Below, one piece after another: positions 55,743 through 64,000 of a stretch of 64,000 bases of DNA. Under the pieces are notes generated by a model. That model did no database searches and was not told the origin of the DNA. It worked only from the letters and a program-made list of their open reading frames with translations. The DNA comes from an uncultured Chloroflexia bacterium. Lineage in GTDB: Bacteria > Chloroflexota > Limnocylindria > Limnocylindrales > CSP1-4. Position numbers and translations under genes: made by a program. The stretch's first letter is position 1. Each line of letters opens with the position of its first letter. The stretch spans positions 480,001 through 544,000 of the forward strand of contig CAWHXD010000019.1 in assembly GCA_963833225.1 (NCBI GenBank). Reading direction: 5' to 3'.

Positions 55743-56048
55743 TCAGGCGTCGGCGTGTCCCCGGCGGAACACGGCCAGCGCATCAGGAGGGCTCCCGTTG
55801 TCGCGCGGATCGCCCGCGAGGACCACGAGATCCGCCGGCCCGCCCGGCTCCAGCACCTCGCCCAGCGGCACCACGAACGCGCCCCGGAACTCGATGACGT
55901 GCGAGTCGCCCCGGGAGATTGCCCGCACCTGTGCCTCGGAGCCGAGGGCGAGGACCGTCCCCTGGGCCCACGCGATCGCCTCGCACGGCGCCTGGTCGCC
56001 GCCCGGCAGGATGGTGGCGCCGGTCAGCAGCGTGTACTCGTGCGTCAT
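55743..56048 (-). CDS. Mini amidohydrolase-like protein (beta-sandwich only)
   Basis: LLTGATI...EAIAW..GTVLALGS...VIEFRGAFVVP joined directly to LEPGGPADLVVLAGDP; leaderless TAGCCT. Confidence 0.65.
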   Translation of the reverse strand: MTHEYTLLTGATILPGGDQAPCEAIAWAQGTVLALGSEAQVRAISRGDSHVIEFRGAFVVPLGEVLEPGGPADLVVLAGDPRDNGSPPDALAVFRRGHADA

Positions 56049-56073
56049 GCGAGACAGGCTACGCCGTCGCGCG
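55807..56073. repeat. Direct repeat copy B (partner 52618-52761)
   Basis: See copy A; carries an extra 123 nt (55870-55992). Confidence 0.9.
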
Positions 56074-56124
56074 TCGGCCGGCGCGCCAGACGGCCACGGA
56101 CTTCGTGCATGATGGCGCGCACCG

Positions 56125-57904
56125 ATGACGACCCTCGACCCGGCCCCCTCACCGCACGCCGTCCTCGCGGTCCCCCCGGGCCCGTACCTATACGTGCCCC
56201 GGCAGCCCGTGCCCGACCCCACGCCCCTCGAGGCTTGCGATGCGGCCGTCGCGGACCTGCGAGCCGCCGCGGACCGCTGGGTGCGCACCTCGCCGGAGCG
56301 CAAGCGGGACCTGCTGGACGAGGTGCTGCGCGCCACGGAGCCGCTGATCGGCGCCTGGACCCGGATCGGGTCCCTGCACGAGGGCCTTGACCCCACCGGT
56401 CCCGATGCGGCCGAAGAGACGATCGTCGGCCCGTACGTGTTCATGCGGGGCGTCCGCCTCCACCGGCGGGCGATCGACGGGATCATCCGGACGGGCACCC
56501 CGCGGATCCCCGGCGGCGTGCGGACCCTGCACGATGGCCGCGTGGCGGCGCGCGTGATGCCCTCCGACTGGCTCGACACCCTCGCATACCTCGGGATGAC
56601 CGCCGATGTGTGGATGGAGCCCGGCGTCACGGCGGAGACCCTGCGGGAGACGATGGCGACCGCCTGGCGCACCCCGCCGCCCGCCCGGGTCTGTCTCGTG
56701 CTCGGCGCCGGAAACGCCAGCTCGATCGGCCCGCTGGACACGATTCACAAGCTGTTCGTCGAGCAGCAGGTGGTCGTGCTCAAGCTCCACCCGGTGATGG
56801 CCCACCTCGCCGAGATCCAGGCGGCGGCCCTGGCGCCGCTCGTCCGCGAGGGCGTGGTCCGGGTCGTCGTGGGCGACGCGGTCCAGGGCGGCTACCTCGC
56901 CCACCACCCGGGCGTGGACACGCTCCACATCACCGGCGCCGACCGCACCTATGACGCCATCGTCTTCGGCTCCGGCCCCGAGGGTGAGGAGCGCAAGCGG
57001 CGCGACGACCCGGTGATCGAGAAGCCGTTCTCCGCCGAGCTCGGCAACCTGACCCCGATCATCGTCGTCCCCGGGCGCTGGTCCAACCGGGACCTGGACC
57101 TCCACGCCGAGAACATCGCCTCGATGCTCACCAACAACGCGGGCTTCAACTGCACCACGTCACGCGTGATCATCACCGCACGGGGCTGGTCCCAGCGTGA
57201 CGCGCTGCTGGACCGGATCCGGCGCCGCCTGGGCCAGCTGCCCCCGCGCCTCGCGTACTACCCGGGCGCGATCGAGCGGTTCGGCGCCTTCAACCGCGTC
57301 CACCCCGAGGCCGAGACTGTTCGGGACCGCGGCCCACGGCGAGCTGCCGTGGATGCTGATCCCGGGGCTCTCCCCCGACGCCACCGCGGATCCCTGCTAC
57401 CACGTGGAGGCGTTCTGCAGCGTCACCGCCGAGACCCCCATCGACGCCATCGACGCCACGACCTTCCTCGACCGGGCCACCGCGTTCGCCAACGAGCGCC
57501 TGTGGGGGACGCTCAACGCGACCCTGATCGTGGACTCCCGGACCGCCCGTGATCCGGCAACCCGCCCGGTCCTCGAGCGCGCGATCCGTGACCTGCGCTA
57601 CGGGACCGTGTCGCTCAACACCTGGTCCGCCGCCGGGTACGGGATCGGGATCACGCCCTGGGGCGCCCATCCCGGCAACCCCCGCCACCACATCGGATCG
57701 GGCACCGGGTTCGTGCACAACCCGCTGATGTTCGAACGCGCCGAGAAGACCGTGATTCGCGGCCCCTTCCGACCGTGGCCGAAGCCTCCGTGGTTCTCCA
57801 GCCACCGCCGCGCCCACAAGCTGATGCCCGAGCTCACCAGGTTCGAGGGGGACAAGCACCCCGGCCGCCTGCTGCCGATCCTGTGGTACGCGATCCGCGC
57901 CTGA
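56125..57904 (+). CDS. Aldehyde dehydrogenase-family protein (frameshift near 57315)
   Basis: LGAGN, VLKLHP, HITG, AELGN, NNAGFNC, EAFC, GTVSLN.W. Confidence 0.82.
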
Positions 57905-58064
57905 CGGGCTCCGCCGGGCGTCGTCAGGCAGTGACGATCCGGCGCTGCTTGATCCGGGTCGCGTCGGCTGCGAACGGCCCGTCGCCCAGCCCGTAGGTCA
58001 TCACGATCGGCTGCATCGGGGCGATGTTTCGCAAGTGGCAGAGGGCATCGACGGCGCGTGGCGG

Positions 58065-58469
58065 TCACACCTCCGGCGTCAGCTCCTGGAACAGCGTCAG
58101 CTGGAGCCCGGCGGGCGCCTCCAGCCGCGCGTTGAGCGACCCCCAGGGCGTCTCCACGGGTGCCGCGAGCAGCGTCGCCCCGGCGTCGGCCGCCCGCTCG
58201 GTCACCGCAGCCGCGTCATCGACCTTGAACGCGATCCGGACCTGACCCGCGACACGCCGGCCCACCTCGAGCCGGTCGATGTGCTCCGCGTGGGGCACGT
58301 CCGACAGCTCCAGCGTCGCCCGTCCCGCGTCGAGAATCGCCACGTGGCCGCCGCCATCGTCGAACGAGCCGATCTCCCGCAGCCCCAGCACATCCCGGTA
58401 GAAGCGGAGCGCCTCGTCGTAGTCGGGCGCGGTCACCACCAGCCGCAGCTCGTGCACGCCGTCGGCCAT
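58065..58469 (-). CDS. VOC/glyoxalase family protein
   Basis: ELRLVV...YDEALRFYRDVLGL...ETPWGS.NARL.AP.GLQLTLF. Confidence 0.88.
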   Translation of the reverse strand: MADGVHELRLVVTAPDYDEALRFYRDVLGLREIGSFDDGGGHVAILDAGRATLELSDVPHAEHIDRLEVGRRVAGQVRIAFKVDDAAAVTERAADAGATLLAAPVETPWGSLNARLEAPAGLQLTLFQELTPEV

Positions 58470-58622
58470 CGTCGCCTCCTTCGCCCCCGGTCCCGCCCCC
58501 CAGGAACAGATCGGACCCGGGCGCGGTTCCGTCGCTCCCGGGTCCTCGCCCGCCATCCGTGGCTACGGACAACGGGTTACCGATGAGCGTACCAGCCCTT
58601 GGGAGCCGCGCCTCCATCACCG

Positions 58623-60647
58623 CTAGATCGCCACCGCTGCCCGCAGCCCCTCGAGCACCGCCTCCTCGATCGTGCGCGGAGTCAGCACATCGCCCGCAGC
58701 CATCACCCGGAACGAGCCATCCTCGGCGGCGGCTTCGAGCTCGTTGAGCAGCCCGTCCGCGGGCACGGTGCCCTGGGCGAGCACCAGCGCCGATGTGTCC
58801 TCCACCACGACCGGCTCCGAGGTCAGCACGTCCTGGAGGAACACCGCGGTGGGATCGGCTCCGAATAGGCGCAGCTGTGGACGGATCTCCACCCGGGCCC
58901 GGCGCGCGGACGCGGTCATGGTGTCGCGGATGTACTGCTGGAGGCGCTGACCGGCGTGGTACCCGGACGACGCCAGGGTGACCCGCCGCCCGCCACTCGC
59001 GAGCATCGTCGCGACCCCCAGGCCCACCCAGTCACACCGCCAATCCGCGACGACGACGTGTCCGCCGGGCACGGGAGCGCCCCTGATGACATCCCACGCC
59101 TCGAGCACGACCGGTCGCCCCGACAGCTCAAGCGGTGGCCGGTAGGGCACCGCGCCGGTCGTGACCACGACGACCCGCGCGCCGGACGCGCGGACGTACG
59201 CCAGATCCGCGCGGATACCGGTCTGGATCGTGACGCCGGCCCGCCGCGCCTCGCCCTCAAGGTTCGTGATCGCGCCGCCCATCTCGGCCCGCCCCGGTAG
59301 CTCTCGCGCGAGCCGGACCTGTCCGCCGACCCACCGCTCGGCCTCGACCAGCGTGACCCGGTGTCCGCGCTCAGCCGCGACCGCGGCCGCCTTGAGCCCG
59401 GCCGGCCCACCCCCGATGACCAGCACGTCCGCGCGCCCGGACGCGGATACAACGGCGTGGCGCGCGAACCCCGGCTCGCCGTCGCGCGGGAAGTCGCGCT
59501 CCCGGCCGCTCTCGGGGAACTGGACGCACGAGATCGGGAAGCCGGCGTGGAAGTGACCGATGCAGGCCTGGTTGCAGCCGATGCACGCCCGGATGTCGTC
59601 GAGGCGGCCCTGCGCGGTCTTGGCGGGCAGCTCCGGATCGCAGATCAGCGCCCGGGTCATCACGCACAGGTCGGCCTGGCCCGCGGCGAGGATCGCCTCG
59701 GCCTCCTGGGGCTGGTTGATCCGCCCAGCGACCATCACCGGCACCCCGATGACGGCCTTCGCCCGGGCGGCGAGCGGCGCCGTGTAGGCGTTCGCGATGG
59801 GCGTGGGCGGGACGATATGGTCCGAGCCGGCGAGCGTTGCCGAGGTCCCGGCCACGACGCTCACGTAGTCCATGGCGTGATCGGCATCGAGCGCAGCCAG
59901 CGCCTCGAGCGCCTCGTCCTCGGTGAGCCCCTCGGGAGTCACCTCGCCGATGGAGATCCGCAGCCCCACCACGAACCCCGCACGCGTGGTCGCCCGGCAT
60001 GCCGCCAAGGCCTCGCGCAGGAACCGCAGCCGCCCGGACGCGTCGCCGCCCCACTCGTCGCTGCGCAGGTTGGTGCGCGGGTTCAGGAACTGCGACGGCA
60101 GGTACCCGTGGGAGGCCACCACCTCCACGCCGTCGAGGCCGGCCCCCTCGAGCCGTGCCGCTGCCGCGCCGAATCCCGCCACGATCTCGCCGATCAGCGC
60201 CGGGGTCATCGCCCGTGGCATGACATGGAACCGCTCGGTCGGTACGGCGCTCGGCGCCCAGGCCACGGCCAGTGTTCCGTCGGCGGTCTCCATGATCTCG
60301 CGCCCGCCGTGGAACAGCTGCCCGAACACGGTCGCCCCGTGACGGTGGATCACCTCGGCCAGGCGGGTGAAGCCAGGGATCGCGTCGTCCGTGTCGGCGG
60401 TCAGCTCCGACGAGGTGTAGCGCGCCGTCGGGTGGACGCCGGCGACTTGGATGACGATCAGGCCGACGCCGCCCCGTGCCCGCGCTTCCTGGTAGGCGAT
60501 CAGCCGGTCCGTGACCAGCCCGTCCACGGCCATCACGGTGTCGTGGCCGGAGGACAGGATCCGGTTGCGGATCGTGGTGCCGCCGATCGTGATCGGCTCG
60601 AACAGGTGGGGGAAGGCAGGGTTGGACATCACGGGTGACGTTGCCAT
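58623..60647 (-). CDS. NADH:flavin oxidoreductase (OYE barrel + Fe-S + FAD/NAD domains)
   Basis: LFEP..IG...RNRI, QLFHGG, HGYL.SQFL.P.TN.R.DEWGG, CIGCNQAC, IGGGPAG. Confidence 0.9.
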   Translation of the reverse strand: MATSPVMSNPAFPHLFEPITIGGTTIRNRILSSGHDTVMAVDGLVTDRLIAYQEARARGGVGLIVIQVAGVHPTARYTSSELTADTDDAIPGFTRLAEVIHRHGATVFGQLFHGGREIMETADGTLAVAWAPSAVPTERFHVMPRAMTPALIGEIVAGFGAAAARLEGAGLDGVEVVASHGYLPSQFLNPRTNLRSDEWGGDASGRLRFLREALAACRATTRAGFVVGLRISIGEVTPEGLTEDEALEALAALDADHAMDYVSVVAGTSATLAGSDHIVPPTPIANAYTAPLAARAKAVIGVPVMVAGRINQPQEAEAILAAGQADLCVMTRALICDPELPAKTAQGRLDDIRACIGCNQACIGHFHAGFPISCVQFPESGRERDFPRDGEPGFARHAVVSASGRADVLVIGGGPAGLKAAAVAAERGHRVTLVEAERWVGGQVRLARELPGRAEMGGAITNLEGEARRAGVTIQTGIRADLAYVRASGARVVVVTTGAVPYRPPLELSGRPVVLEAWDVIRGAPVPGGHVVVADWRCDWVGLGVATMLASGGRRVTLASSGYHAGQRLQQYIRDTMTASARRARVEIRPQLRLFGADPTAVFLQDVLTSEPVVVEDTSALVLAQGTVPADGLLNELEAAAEDGSFRVMAAGDVLTPRTIEEAVLEGLRAAVAI

Positions 60648-60728
60648 GGCCGAAGGATGGCGCGTTGGCAGGCGCGCGTGCGCGGCTGTCGCGAGGGGCG
60701 GGAAGCGGCCCCTGCTATCGTCCTCACC

Positions 60729-61583
60729 ATGGACGGCCTCCTGCGCGAGCCCGCGGATCCCGAGCTGCCGGCGTTGGTCCCGGCGCCCGCGGGCCTCGCC
60801 GCGCACTGGCTCGGACGGGTTGGCTACCGGGACGGCTGGGACCTCCAGAAGGCCCTCGCGGCTGCGCGCGCGAACGGGTCGATCGGGGACCAGCTGCTGC
60901 TCCTCGAGCACCCGGCCGTGCTCACGCTTGGCCGCGGTGCTGATGACGCGCATGTCCTCGCAACCCCGGCGCTTCTCGAGGCGCGGGGCATCGAGCTGCT
61001 GCGCGTGGAGCGGGGCGGCGAGGTGACCTATCACGGGCCTGGCCAGCTGGTGGCGTATCCCATCATCCGGCTCGCCGATCGGGACCTGCTCCTGCGGCCG
61101 TTCGTCCGGGCGCTCGAGGCGGCGCTCGTCGAGACGTGCGCGGCGTTCGGCGTCGTCGCGGAGCGCCGCGATGGGCACCCCGGCTGCTGGGTGGATGCCG
61201 GGGGCCCGCGACCGCGCAAGATCGGTGCCCTGGGGATCCGCATCGAGCGAGGCACGAGCTACCACGGGATCGCGCTCAACGTGGACGTCGATCTCGCCGA
61301 CTTCGGGTTGATCGACCCCTGCGGGATGCCCGGTCTCGACTCGACGTCCATCGCCCGCGAGGCGGGTCGCCCGGGCGAAGCGCCATCGACCGCGCGGGTC
61401 GCCGAGGCCGCGACCGTGTTCGCGCGGGCCTTCGCGGCCAGGATCGGAGCCCCACTCGAGGGTGCACTCCCGCCGGACGCAGACCCGGTGGCGGAGCGGG
61501 CCGTGCTGGACCGGCTGACGACGACGGCCCGCGCCGTGGCGCGCGCCGGCCGGCCACTGACCGCGAACAGGGGAACCCCGTGA
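60729..61583 (+). CDS. lipB: Lipoyl(octanoyl) transferase
   Basis: LLEHPAV.TLGR, RGGEVTYHGPGQLVAYP, KIGALG, HGIALNV, I.PCG. Confidence 0.95.
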   Translation: MDGLLREPADPELPALVPAPAGLAAHWLGRVGYRDGWDLQKALAAARANGSIGDQLLLLEHPAVLTLGRGADDAHVLATPALLEARGIELLRVERGGEVTYHGPGQLVAYPIIRLADRDLLLRPFVRALEAALVETCAAFGVVAERRDGHPGCWVDAGGPRPRKIGALGIRIERGTSYHGIALNVDVDLADFGLIDPCGMPGLDSTSIAREAGRPGEAPSTARVAEAATVFARAFAARIGAPLEGALPPDADPVAERAVLDRLTTTARAVARAGRPLTANRGTP

Positions 61584-62583
61584 GCCAGGGCCTGTTCGAG
61601 CTGCGCAAGGACGCGATCACCGGCTGGTGGGTCGCGACGATGGTGGACCGCACGTTTGCCCGTGAGCGGTTCGCGCTGCCCGCCGCGCAGGTCGACGATC
61701 ACGGCGACTGCTTCAACTGCCGGATTCCTCCCGGCGACGGCGTCCGGCTGCGCACCCTCAAGGACTTCGCGTTCACCGTCGCCGGGACCGAGGAGGAGGC
61801 ACGTGCCCGCGACGGTGCGGTCGCCCAGGTCACCATCTCGGACGCCCGCGCCGCTGGCGCCTGGCGGACCGCGGTCGCCCCGCCGGCGAGCATCGTGCGC
61901 TTCACCAGGTGGGCAATGGGATCATCGAGGAGCTGCTGCGCCGCTGCCGGGACGAGATCGTCGCGAGCCGCGCCGCGAACCGGACGCAGTATGTCCAGGT
62001 GGTCCAGAACTGGGGGGCCCAGGCGGGCGCTCGGACCAACCACTGCTGCTTTGATCTCTACGACCTTCCGCAGATCCCGCACCGGATCGGGGAGGAGCTG
62101 GGCGGCGCCGCGCGGTTCCTGATCCGCGAGGGAGAATGCCCGTACTGCCGCCTCGTGCGCGAGGAGGTACACCGTGGAGATCGCCTGCTCTATGCGGACG
62201 ACGCGGCCGTGGCGTTCGCACCCTGGGCCGGCCGCTCGGCGTTCGAGATGTGGGTGGTCCCGCGCCGCCACGACGCCGATTTCGCCCGGGCAAGCGACCG
62301 GGACATCGCCGCCGCGGCCGAGGCGCTGCGGAGCGTCCTGGCGAAGCTCGCGGTCAGCCTCGACGGGCCGCCGTACAACCTGGTGCTCCACTCGGCGCCG
62401 CTCCGGGAACAGGTCGACGCCACCTACCACTGGCATTGGGAGATCCACCCCCGGTTGCGTGAGATTGCCGGTCTCGAGCTGGGCACCGGTCTGCCGGTGA
62501 ACCCGGTCTCCCCGGAGGACGCCGTGGACGAGCTGCGGACCGGCCCCGACCCCGAGGTCCCGCTGGAGCACCCGCGACGGTGA
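61580..62583 (+). CDS. Galactose-1-phosphate uridylyltransferase-like protein with altered active site (frameshift near 61885)
   Basis: ELRKD.ITG.WV, CFNC, NWG.QAGA, CPYC, FE.WV.P..H, PYNL.LH, YHWHWEI.PR, AGLELGTG..NPV.PE. Confidence 0.8.
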
Positions 62584-62604
62584 CCCAGGCAGGGGGAGGA
62601 AGCC

Positions 62605-62630
62605 GTCACACGCTGGCGGGTCATGCCGTC
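62605..62630 (+). promoter_or_regulatory. Candidate ECF-type autoregulatory promoter
   Basis: GTCACA-N16-CGTC upstream of the sigma gene. Confidence 0.35.
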
Positions 62631-62695
62631 CTAAGGGTCTGGAGCGCCGTGCTCCGTAGTGGGGGGCAGCCTGGAACCTTCAGCCCGGAGCATGC

Positions 62696-63367
62696 GTGGT
62701 CGCTGACACCTTCGAGATCGAACAGCCGCGGGGACGACCCGCCCGCTCGGCCGTGACGGCCGCGTGGGACCGCGACGAGGCTTACCGGTTCGTCGAGGAC
62801 CTGTTCGCGAAGCACCAGCACGAGATCTACGCGTACCTCGTCCGGATGCTGCGTGACCCGGAGCTGGCCGCGGACCTCGCCCAGGACGCGTTCGTGAAGG
62901 CTTACAAGGCCTACGACTCGCTCCAGAAGCCCGAGAACGCCCGCGCATGGCTGTACCAGATCGCCCACCGCGTGGCGCTCGACAACCTGCGCCGCCGGCG
63001 GATCGTCCGGTTCGTACCGCTGGTGGGCGAGGCGCGCAACACGGCACCCTCGGCGGAGCACCTCGCGATGGACCTCCGGCTGTCCGCGGATCTCCAGGCC
63101 GCGCTCGAGAAGATCCCCGAGCGACAGCGCGCGGCGCTCCTGCTCGCGGAGCTGCACGACCTGACCGGGCTCGAGCTGGCGGCCGCGCTCGGCGTCTCGC
63201 ATGTCGCGGCCCGGGCCCTCCTGACCCGCGCCCGCGAGAGCCTCCGCCGGGCCCTCGCCGAGGAGCGCCGGACCATGGCCGAGGCCGAGGCGGCCGCCGA
63301 TGCCGCCGCCGGGGCAGCGCTGGACGCGGCCCGGGATGCCGCCCGCCGTGGGGGGAACCGGTCGTGA
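62696..63367 (+). CDS. ECF sigma factor
   Basis: AADLAQDAFVKA, AWLYQIA.R.ALD.LRR, PERQRAALLL, LAAALG. Confidence 0.92.
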   Translation: MVADTFEIEQPRGRPARSAVTAAWDRDEAYRFVEDLFAKHQHEIYAYLVRMLRDPELAADLAQDAFVKAYKAYDSLQKPENARAWLYQIAHRVALDNLRRRRIVRFVPLVGEARNTAPSAEHLAMDLRLSADLQAALEKIPERQRAALLLAELHDLTGLELAAALGVSHVAARALLTRARESLRRALAEERRTMAEAEAAADAAAGAALDAARDAARRGGNRS

Positions 63368-64000
63368 GCCCGCTGTTCCGCCGTGAGACCGACCATGACC
63401 GCGCCCGCGAGCTTGCCGCGCTCGAGGTGGATGAGCCGCTTGCTCCCGTCGATGCAGGCTGGCTCGACGTCCACCTCGCCACGTGCGCAGAGTGCACCGC
63501 GATTGCCGATGCCTACCACGCCGACCGCCTCCTGTTCGCCCCGCTCCGCGGGACGGCACCGCAGCCGCCGCGCGACCTGTGGGCCCGGACCGCGGCGGCG
63601 ATCGATGCCGAGTCCACGGCGGATCGGACCGCCGGCGCGCGGCCGGGATCGGCGCCACAGGGTCGCCACCTGCGCGGGCTGCCCCTCGCCTCGCTTGCTC
63701 CCGTGGCCGGCCTGGCCGCCATCGCGGTGATCGTTGGCTCCGTGCTGCTCAACGGTGCCACGGTCGCCCCGGGACCCGTGGGTCCGTCCGGCCCGGCTGC
63801 CACCGCGATGGCGCTGGACCCGGGTCGCGTGTCCGTGGTCACACGGGGCAAGGATGGAAGCCTCTCCGTCGTTACGGCAGGGGTTGATGAGGTCTGCCCG
63901 CTGATCGCCGATCGGTGCGAGGCGGCTGACCCCTCGTTCGAGACGTCGCCGCTGCTCGGGCTCTCGGGCTCCGACGACATTGCCGCGATCATCTCGCCGC
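63364..64000 (+). CDS. Zinc-finger (HxxxCxxC) membrane anti-sigma factor, partial at window end
   Basis: GTGA overlap with sigma; WLDVHLATCAEC; TM segment APVAGLAAIAVIVGSVLL. Confidence 0.85.
   Translation, partial: MSPLFRRETDHDRARELAALEVDEPLAPVDAGWLDVHLATCAECTAIADAYHADRLLFAPLRGTAPQPPRDLWARTAAAIDAESTADRTAGARPGSAPQGRHLRGLPLASLAPVAGLAAIAVIVGSVLLNGATVAPGPVGPSGPAATAMALDPGRVSVVTRGKDGSLSVVTAGVDEVCPLIADRCEAADPSFETSPLLGLSGSDDIAAIISP

Noticed and set aside
62673-62697. GGAACC-N16-CGT SigH-like promoter
   Set aside because: It overlaps the likely start codon of the sigma gene; the upstream GTCACA-N16-CGTC is better placed, and neither can be verified here.

Overview
64 kb of very GC-rich bacterial chromosome; the gene content and leaderless promoters suggest an actinobacterium-like or Chloroflexota (e.g. 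Limnocylindria-like) organism, which is inference only. It holds about 60 genes and one tRNA-Gly(CCC), with no CRISPR array, rRNA, integrase or transposase. Recognisable blocks: ClC-CBS channel; two paralogous 'His-rich PadR + small Cys/His coiled-coil protein' cassettes sharing an ATGC-N5-GCAT palindrome, one heading hemerythrin and the other a radical SAM/Dps/aldolase/gpmA/Zn-Mn ABC operon; glyoxylate shunt (long ICL2-type isocitrate lyase, malate synthase, LysR); hybrid kinase plus diguanylate cyclase; an uncharacterised FGGY kinase/AraM-like/HAD/TIM-barrel/Pot-type ABC/GntR operon; FtsH; a PAS-GAF-EAL gene between two duplicated 'barrel-less' amidohydrolase mini-genes; lipB, a divergent GalT and an ECF sigma/anti-sigma pair. 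The best candidate for an undescribed system is the minus-strand cluster 29140-35033: UBP-type Zn finger, VioB-type ferritin-like protein, STAND ATPase-TPR-LuxR regulator, and a ferredoxin fused to a class III nucleotide cyclase, the last three translationally coupled. At least seven single-base frameshifts in otherwise intact genes point to sequencing or assembly errors. All family assignments come from motif recognition by eye, not from database searches.
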